Assembly: GCA_049968235.1 (NCBI GenBank)
Contig: JBMFRC010000009.1
Location: forward strand, 32,001 to 96,000
Length of the DNA: 64,000 nucleotides
Direction: 5' to 3'
From: Candidatus Hydrogenedens sp.
Lineage (GTDB): Bacteria; Hydrogenedentota; Hydrogenedentia; Hydrogenedentales; Hydrogenedentaceae
A program made the position numbers and the translations under genes. The notes under the pieces were generated by a model. The model was given only the letters and a program-made list of their open reading frames with translations. It ran no database searches and was not told the origin of the DNA. Each line of letters opens with the position of its first letter. The stretch's first letter is position 1. Shown piece by piece: positions 58,155 to 64,000 of this stretch.

Positions 58155-58364
58155 TTAAGAAAGATTTTTGGAGATTATTTGCTGATAGCAATCCTCACAT
58201 ATTGTATGTGTAAGAGAAGGAATCTGTGTCTGTGTTAGCAACCCATATTTATTAATAACTTGTTCTAATTCTTCCCACTCTGCATCCATTCTGATTCTTT
58301 TACACCATGAACACATTGAAATAAATTCAAAAGACCGCACCGCTTTGGGGTCATGGATATTCAT
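58155..58364 (-). CDS. Small CxxC..CxxC protein (hypothetical)
   Basis: 69 aa (..CSWCKR..CEDCYQ..); in the same frame as the upstream PAS-like ORF, separated by one TAA and 18 codons; no clear RBS. Confidence 0.3.
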   Translation of the reverse strand: MNIHDPKAVRSFEFISMCSWCKRIRMDAEWEELEQVINKYGLLTQTQIPSLTHTICEDCYQQIISKNLS

Positions 58365-58420
58365 ATAATTTTGTGGGACAATTTTTTTGCTTCAGAAATA
58401 AACTTTACAATATTACCATT

Positions 58421-58702
58421 TTAGGGTTTTATTGTCATTTTTAAAAACCTTTTGCATGTAGGGGCATCACAACGAAAGTCAATAGGAATTACATTACCTT
58501 TTCGAGCCTGGTTAATAATATCTAAATATATCTGTTTTACAGTCATATTTTGAATAAAATCAAATAAATTTTTGCCCAAAATCTTCTTGGATATAATTTC
58601 CTCCCCAAAATTATTTAAAGCGAAACGGTCCCATTCTTCATTGACAAAAATAATGTTTTTTTCTGTATCAATTTTATATTCAATTGGGTTCATGTTAGTC
58701 AT
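58421..58702 (-). CDS. Small PAS-like domain protein (hypothetical)
   Basis: 93 aa from ATG (MTNMNPIEYK..) with AAGGA upstream; ..IIFVNEEWDRFALNNFGEEIISKKILGKNLFDFI.. PAS-like. The longer track ORF 58421..58954 runs into tRNA-Cys and is rejected. Confidence 0.35.
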   Translation of the reverse strand: MTNMNPIEYKIDTEKNIIFVNEEWDRFALNNFGEEIISKKILGKNLFDFIQNMTVKQIYLDIINQARKGNVIPIDFRCDAPTCKRFLKMTIKP

Positions 58703-58807
58703 CCTTTTATGGGTGTATAATACCCGGTTTATATAAATATTCTCTATATTTGAATTATGCCACCTTTTCTTTGTAAAATTAAACCACCATGATAATGGTG
58801 GCGGCAT

Positions 58808-58882
58808 GGCGGCATGGCCAAGTGGTAAGGCAGAAGCCTGCAAAGCTTCCATTCCCCGGTTCGAATCCGGGTGCCGCCTCCA
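58808..58882 (+). tRNA. tRNA-Cys (GCA)
   Basis: Acceptor GGCGGCA/UGCCGCC, anticodon stem GAAGC/GCUUC with loop CUGCAAA, T-arm CCCGG-UUCGAAU-CCGGG, encoded CCA. Confidence 0.85.
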
Positions 58883-58895
58883 TCTATTTCGTCGT

Positions 58896-58979
58896 GGGCG
58901 AGTGGTGGAATAGGAATACACGACGGACTTAAAATCCGTTGGCCGTAAGGCCATGCGGGTTCGATTCCCGCCTCGCCCA
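58896..58979 (+). tRNA. tRNA-Leu (UAA), type II
   Basis: Acceptor GGGCGAG/CUCGCCC, anticodon stem ACGGA/UCCGU with loop CUUAAAA, long variable arm GGCCGUAAGGCC, T-arm GCGGG-UUCGAUU-CCCGC; CCA not encoded; followed by T6. Confidence 0.8.
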
Positions 58980-59072
58980 CTTTTTTATTTTTACCTCTCT
59001 TTTTATATAATCTTTGACAGAGGGTTTTCCCAGCCTAACATATAAAAATTAAGTCCAAAAGGATATACCGAA

Positions 59073-60470
59073 ATGGCAGTATGTTTTTTTAATACTATGA
59101 ACCGAAAATTAGAACCGTTTATCCCCTTAGAACCACCTAAAGTAAAACTTTATACATGTGGACCGACCGTTTATAATTTCGCTCATATTGGGAATTTTCG
59201 TGCGTACATCTTTGAGGATTTACTAAAACGTTATCTCAAATTTCGCGGCTATAATGTATTTCATGTTATGAATATTACGGATGTAGAAGATAAATTAATA
59301 CGCACATGTCGCGAAACAGGAAAGTCCCTCAAAGAGATTACGGATTTTTACATTGAAGCCTTTTTTAAAGACCTTGATACCCTTCAAATTGAAAGGGCAG
59401 ATATTTATCCGCGTGCTACGGAACATATACCGGAAATGGTAGCGATTATTAAAAAATTAAAAGAAAAGGGACATACCTACGAACATGAAGGAAGTATTTA
59501 TTTCCGTCTGAGTACTTTTCCAGAATACGGAAAATTAAGTCATATGAACATCGAAGAGTTAAAAGTCGGTGCTAGTGGCAGGGTAGATAGCGATGAATAT
59601 ACTATGGAAGATGCCCGTGATTTTGCACTCTGGAAAGCATGGGATGAAGAGGATGGCAATGTATTTTGGGAAACGGAACTTGGAAAAGGCAGGCCCGGCT
59701 GGCATATCGAGTGTTCTGCCATGAGTATGAAATATCTCGGAGAAAGTTTTGATATTCATTGTGGGGGTATAGATAATATGTTCCCCCATCACGAAAACGA
59801 AATAGCACAATCCGAATGTGCAACCGGGCAACCTTTTGTCAAATATTGGCTCCATTGTGCCCATCTGGTTGTTGATGGTAAAAAAATGTCAAAATCATTA
59901 GGGAACTTTTATACGCTACGAGACCTCCTGGAACGCGGTCTGGAACCTCTTGCTATTCGATGGGTACTCCTCGCTACACATTATCGCCAACCCAATAACT
60001 TTACCTTTGAAACGGTGGAATCTGCTTCCAGCAGTATTCGGCGAATACGCGATTTCCGTTTGCGTCTCAAAGAAATTAAGGGAAGTGGGGACGAACTAAT
60101 GGAAGAATGTTCCCAATGTGAGAAATTATTTATAGATGCACTGGATGATGACTTAAATATTTCATCTGCTCTTGGTGTTTTGTTCGATTTTATAAGAGAT
60201 GTTAATAAAAAAATAGATAACGGCGAAGTGGGGGAGAAGGGGGCTCATAACGCTATCAATCTTCTTAACAAGTTAAACCAGATAACAGGACTATTCAACC
60301 CAGATATGGAAGATGAAATTCCAGCTGAAGTATTGGAAAAAGTTATGCAGAGGCAACAAGCACGGAGAGAAAAAAACTTCACTCTGGCTGATACAATCCG
60401 CAATCAATTACTTGAACAGGGTTGGGTTATTGAAGATACACCTCAAGGTCCACGCGTAAAACGAAAATAA
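59073..60470 (+). CDS. cysS: Cysteinyl-tRNA synthetase
   Basis: HIGH (..FAHIGNFR..) and KMSKS motifs, class I CysRS zinc-site Cys/His pattern; 465 aa. Confidence 0.95.
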   Translation: MAVCFFNTMNRKLEPFIPLEPPKVKLYTCGPTVYNFAHIGNFRAYIFEDLLKRYLKFRGYNVFHVMNITDVEDKLIRTCRETGKSLKEITDFYIEAFFKDLDTLQIERADIYPRATEHIPEMVAIIKKLKEKGHTYEHEGSIYFRLSTFPEYGKLSHMNIEELKVGASGRVDSDEYTMEDARDFALWKAWDEEDGNVFWETELGKGRPGWHIECSAMSMKYLGESFDIHCGGIDNMFPHHENEIAQSECATGQPFVKYWLHCAHLVVDGKKMSKSLGNFYTLRDLLERGLEPLAIRWVLLATHYRQPNNFTFETVESASSSIRRIRDFRLRLKEIKGSGDELMEECSQCEKLFIDALDDDLNISSALGVLFDFIRDVNKKIDNGEVGEKGAHNAINLLNKLNQITGLFNPDMEDEIPAEVLEKVMQRQQARREKNFTLADTIRNQLLEQGWVIEDTPQGPRVKRK

Positions 60471-60555
60471 ATACAAGACAGGTTCATATACCTCTTAAAG
60501 ATGGAACTTTGTTCATAGTAACAGTGTTTAATTTTATAAAAGGTAAATAAAAAGA

Positions 60556-61134
60556 ATGCGTTCCTTAGAGGATTGGGAATTGGTTGCATTAGCAAAACAA
60601 GGAAATCGTGAAGCGTTCCACAACCTTGTAGAACGATACAAATCCCCCATTTACACCCTTTGCCTCTATTTAACAAGAAATGTCCAGAATGCAGAAGACC
60701 TTGTGCAAGAAACATTTATCCGTCTATATAAAAATTTGAACCATATAGAACCTAAGGCTCAATTTAAAACATTTATCCTGGGGATTGCGAGAAATCTTGC
60801 TCTGAACCAGATTCGGAACGAAAAAAGAAAGAATAATTTTTTAGCACGGCTATTTAATAAAATAAATTCCAATTATGAGGAACAAGTAAATTATAAATCT
60901 GAAATGTGGCCTCCCGATGAAAAACAAGAATTTACCGCTGTTGTTCAGCAATGTATGTTAGAATTATCTACTGAACATCGAGAGATATTAATATTAAGAG
61001 AAACCCAGGGACTTGACTATGAAAGTATTGCTAAAATTCTGGGTTGCCGGGTAGGAACGGTTCGCAGTCGTTTAGCAAGAGCAAGAGCACAACTCCGAAA
61101 GATAATACTTGAGAAAGGGATAACAATACAATGA
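60556..61134 (+). CDS. ECF (group IV) sigma-70 family sigma factor
   Basis: Region 2 (..YKSPIYTLCLYLTRNVQNAEDLVQETFIRLYKNL..) and region 4 HTH (..YESIAKILGCRVGTVRSRLARAR..); 192 aa. Confidence 0.85.
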   Translation: MRSLEDWELVALAKQGNREAFHNLVERYKSPIYTLCLYLTRNVQNAEDLVQETFIRLYKNLNHIEPKAQFKTFILGIARNLALNQIRNEKRKNNFLARLFNKINSNYEEQVNYKSEMWPPDEKQEFTAVVQQCMLELSTEHREILILRETQGLDYESIAKILGCRVGTVRSRLARARAQLRKIILEKGITIQ

Positions 61135-61727
61135 CACATTTAACAGATGAACAAATTTCAGAATTACTGGATGGTTTCCGTGTCCTCAATCAGAAACAAC
61201 AAGAACATCTACAATCCTGTCCTGAATGTATGAAAAAATTAAAAGAATGGCGAAGCATTTCCCAATGTGTTCAAAATCTACCCCTTCCACAAGTATCTGA
61301 TGAATTTACATCTCGAATTAACTATAAAATAAATTCTATCCGGGAAGATACACCTAAAAGAGTTTTTCCATCAATCCAATGGAAATATACATTCCTTATC
61401 TCTTCTATTATGGCTATCCTACTTATTGTTTTTGGGAGTTTAATTATTAATTATAATAATTATGAAAATACAAACATATTAAATCATGGTAATGTTCAAC
61501 CTGCTTCTGCCGTAGGTCCGATTGCTAGTAATAATGGTACATCCACGAATAACCTTGCTATAACAGAAGAAATTCCTGGTGAAGAAAATATATTAAATAG
61601 CATTAGCGAACAATACATCAATTCAGAACCTTTTGATGAAGAATTACATAACATTACTATCTCAGAGTTGCTTTTGTCCCTCGCAGAAGAGACAGAAGAG
61701 TATAATATTTCAGATGTATCTCTTTAA
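61131..61727 (+). CDS. Membrane anti-sigma factor (zinc-binding, ZAS-like)
   Basis: Overlaps the sigma gene by 4 nt; N-terminal H-x3-C-x2-C (..HLQSCPECM..); central TM (..FLISSIMAILLIVFGSLII..); extracytoplasmic C-terminus. Confidence 0.6.
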   Translation: MTHLTDEQISELLDGFRVLNQKQQEHLQSCPECMKKLKEWRSISQCVQNLPLPQVSDEFTSRINYKINSIREDTPKRVFPSIQWKYTFLISSIMAILLIVFGSLIINYNNYENTNILNHGNVQPASAVGPIASNNGTSTNNLAITEEIPGEENILNSISEQYINSEPFDEELHNITISELLLSLAEETEEYNISDVSL

Positions 61728-61745
61728 TGCGAACAAATATACATA

Positions 61746-62471
61746 TTGGAGAATGATTTTATGAAAAAATGTATAACAATAATCCTTTTTCTGATTGTGC
61801 TTTTATCCTATTCCAATATAGCAACAGCACAACCTCCTGACACAATGCGTCCTGATTTAGTAAACCCACCTCATCCGGAGGGCTTTCAGCAAGGTATACC
61901 TGCCCCACCTGGGGATAGGAATCCTCCACCACTACCAGGTCCTGGTATATATCCTGAACCCATAGGACCGCCTCCAGAAGGAGATTTACCTGCTCGGGAA
62001 ATACTGGAACAAGTGCTTTTAGCAAAAGTAGCGAAGCAACTAAATCTCAATGATGAACAAACAGTTATACTCGTTCGGAGATTTTACGAGCAGAAAGAAG
62101 TCTTATCCGAAAAAATTCAGCAACGAAACAATTTAGCAAATGAATTACATAAACTAATCCGTGATAAAACGAAAGGGAATCCTAAAGAGTTAGAAGAAAA
62201 ATTCTCCCGTCTCCTAAAAATGGATATGGAATTAGCAGAGTTAAGACAGAAATGGATTGATAATATTTCTATGGAATTACCTTTAGAGTCCAAAATCCAG
62301 TTATATCTACTTATTTCCGATTTCGAGAACGAAGTACGTAAATTTCTCCGTAAAGCCTACGATTGGAAACAAAATAGATTTCCAGATAATAGAGGTGGTT
62401 TAATGCCTCCGGAACAACGTCGCAGTAGGTCTCAAAAACCCAACAATAATCCCGATACAGAAAGTCAATAA
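61746..62471 (+). CDS. Secreted Pro-rich / coiled-coil periplasmic protein (LTXXQ/Spy-CpxP-like)
   Basis: Signal peptide; P-rich segment; ..LNLNDEQTVILVRRFYEQKEVL.. resembles the LTXXQ motif of Spy/CpxP/ZraP; immediately downstream of the ECF pair. Confidence 0.4.
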   Translation: MENDFMKKCITIILFLIVLLSYSNIATAQPPDTMRPDLVNPPHPEGFQQGIPAPPGDRNPPPLPGPGIYPEPIGPPPEGDLPAREILEQVLLAKVAKQLNLNDEQTVILVRRFYEQKEVLSEKIQQRNNLANELHKLIRDKTKGNPKELEEKFSRLLKMDMELAELRQKWIDNISMELPLESKIQLYLLISDFENEVRKFLRKAYDWKQNRFPDNRGGLMPPEQRRSRSQKPNNNPDTESQ

Positions 62472-62793
62472 CTATACACAGTTTTTTTACGATTAAAAGG
62501 TAGCATAATTTTAATGGTCTGAATTACAGAACTTAAGATTTACCTTCTAATTTATTCTTTAGTGTCGTAAACACAATCAACCTATAAACACTGGAAACTA
62601 AAAGAACGGCTACTGTAATTCTTGTATCCAGAAGAAAAAAGTTTCCTACATTCATTTCTTTATTAAAATATTTTTTATATCCGAATTAATTATATAGACA
62701 ATGATATACAGGGATATACAGGATAAAATCGGACCCGAAGTGGCATAAATAGTTTTTCTGGATTTCACTGAATATTAAGAAATTAGTAAATCT

Positions 62794-64000
62794 TTATCTA
62801 CTATGTCGAAGGTCATCAAGACTGGAATCTTTGATAGCATTGTGATTACGAGGCGGAATATTGTAATCAAGAGGAGTCGGTGTCGGATAGTTGTTATCAA
62901 AACATGCAGTACAAAAATGTCGTTTGTCACCAAAAGTTGCTTCGAGAATAGCAGGAATTGTTAGATACGCAAGAGAATCCACACCCAGGTACTTCCGAAT
63001 CTTTTCCACATCTACTTGATTATCTTGCTTCGACATCTTATAAGCAACTAATCGTTCACGATTCGGCGTATCAATCCCGTAATAACAGGAATTTATAATT
63101 GGGGGAGATGCAACCCGGTAATGGATTTCTTTTACCTTGCACCGTCGAAGCATTTTTATAATCTTACGGGAGGTTGTCCCACGAACGATACTATCATCTA
63201 CCAGTACAATCCTTTTTCCTTTTACCGTATCCTTTGACGGATTTAGTTTTATCTTAACGCCAAAATCACGCATCTTTTGGTCGGGTTCGATAAATGTCCT
63301 ACCCACATAGTGATTGCGAATAAATCCCATATCAAAAGGCAAGCCTGATTCATGAGCATATCCTAATGCTGCTGGATTGGATGAATCAGGAACAGCCATC
63401 ACAAAATCTGCTTCAATAGGTGCTATCCTTGCAAGGGCTCTACCTAACTCTTTCCGGACCAAATCAACACTTTTGCCGAAGATTACACTATCCGGTCGTG
63501 CCACATATATATATTCAAATATACATTGTTTCGGAATAACTTTGCGGAAAGGGAAAAAACTTGTTATTTGGTTATTGGCTATATGAACTACTTCCCCGGG
63601 TTCAACTTCACGAATCCATTTGGCTTCTACTAAATCCAGTGCACAGGTTTCACTGGCAAAAACATAAGACCTCCCCTTTTTCCCTATCCATAAAGGACGA
63701 AAACCGTAAGGGTCACGAACAGCAATTAATTCATTATGATTCATTACAAGGACACAAAATGCCCCTTTTACCTGTTTCAAAGCATCAATTACCGATTCAA
63801 CAAAGGTCTTCTTACCAGAACGGGCAATTAAATGAATAATTACCTCTGTATCTGAAGAAGATTGGAAAATGGCTCCTTTTTGTTCCAGTTCATACCGTAA
63901 ATATGCAGCATTTACCAGATTCCCGTTATGACAAACAGCAAGGGAGCCGTTTACATAATTTACTAAAAAAGGTTGAACATTTCGTAAATTACTGGAACCA
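62794..64000 (-). CDS. purF: Amidophosphoribosyltransferase PurF (3' portion; gene continues past the window end)
   Basis: PRTase motif ..RIVLVDDSIVRGTTS..; C-terminal Fe-S Cys (..CTACFD..). The frame stays open from 63781 to 64000, encoding ..GSLAVCHNGNLVNAAYLRYELEQKGAIFQSSSDTEVIIHLIA.. (glutaminase domain). Confidence 0.85.
   Translation of the reverse strand, partial: GSSNLRNVQPFLVNYVNGSLAVCHNGNLVNAAYLRYELEQKGAIFQSSSDTEVIIHLIARSGKKTFVESVIDALKQVKGAFCVLVMNHNELIAVRDPYGFRPLWIGKKGRSYVFASETCALDLVEAKWIREVEPGEVVHIANNQITSFFPFRKVIPKQCIFEYIYVARPDSVIFGKSVDLVRKELGRALARIAPIEADFVMAVPDSSNPAALGYAHESGLPFDMGFIRNHYVGRTFIEPDQKMRDFGVKIKLNPSKDTVKGKRIVLVDDSIVRGTTSRKIIKMLRRCKVKEIHYRVASPPIINSCYYGIDTPNRERLVAYKMSKQDNQVDVEKIRKYLGVDSLAYLTIPAILEATFGDKRHFCTACFDNNYPTPTPLDYNIPPRNHNAIKDSSLDDLRHSR

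Noticed and set aside
58421-58980. Long minus-strand ORFs 58421..58954 and 58744..58980
   Set aside because: Their upstream portions are the reverse complement of tRNA-Cys and tRNA-Leu(UAA). Only the 3' 93-codon segment (58421..58702, own ATG + AAGGA) is kept as a candidate CDS.
60471-60555. T-box or riboswitch leader for cysS or the ECF gene
   Set aside because: Leaders are under 100 nt and lack specifier or antiterminator structure. Only a GGAAC -35-like motif was retained as a low-confidence note.
1-64000. CRISPR arrays, IS elements/transposases, integrases, phage genes
   Set aside because: No spaced direct-repeat arrays, no transposase or integrase-like ORFs, and no terminal inverted repeats were detected by eye. 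The two tRNA loci lack adjacent recombinase genes.

Overview
AT-rich (~60% AT by eye) bacterial chromosomal segment, apparently from a diderm organism (Tat signal peptides, GT9 heptosyltransferase, outer-membrane beta-barrel, ECF sigma/anti-sigma pair). No recognisable mobile elements or CRISPR arrays were seen. Main blocks: (i) partial acidic protein, FucU/RbsD mutarotase, TPR-membrane glycosyltransferase-like protein and a poly-Pro lipoprotein; (ii) a REC/degenerate-GGDEF response regulator and a GNAT; (iii) a ~15.5 kb flagellar operon (flgB-flgC-fliE-fliF-fliG-fliH-fliI-fliJ-ylxF/flbB-like-fliK-flgD-flgE | motA-motB-fliL-fliN-fliO-fliP-unknown) with a sigma54-type promoter upstream of flgB, no fliM, and ending after fliP; (iv) EF-G paralog, MEMO1-like, PNP/dGTPase/GHMP-kinase operon, sugar-metabolism genes (PFK, Gfo/Idh/MocA x3, GH4) and a putative glycan-utilisation cluster (HEAT-PA14, FG-GAP, porin); (v) a tightly packed minus-strand operon fliW-csrA-unknown-[1101-aa GT1+CgeB-GT+SAM-methyltransferase+TPR protein]-[Rossmann/CgeB-GT protein]-[extended GT9], interpreted as a flagellin post-translational modification locus; (vi) a wHTH (Mrr_N-like) gene interrupted by an in-frame TAG, a tRNA-Leu with apparent AAG (A34) anticodon, a tandem Cys-rich mini-protein, a sugar nucleotidyltransferase, DUF1080, dprA, an ABC pair, YjbQ, tRNA-Cys + tRNA-Leu(UAA) next to cysS, an ECF sigma/ZAS anti-sigma/LTXXQ-like module, and the 3' part of purF. 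Base-level coordinates are read by eye against the supplied ORF track and may be off by a nucleotide or two.
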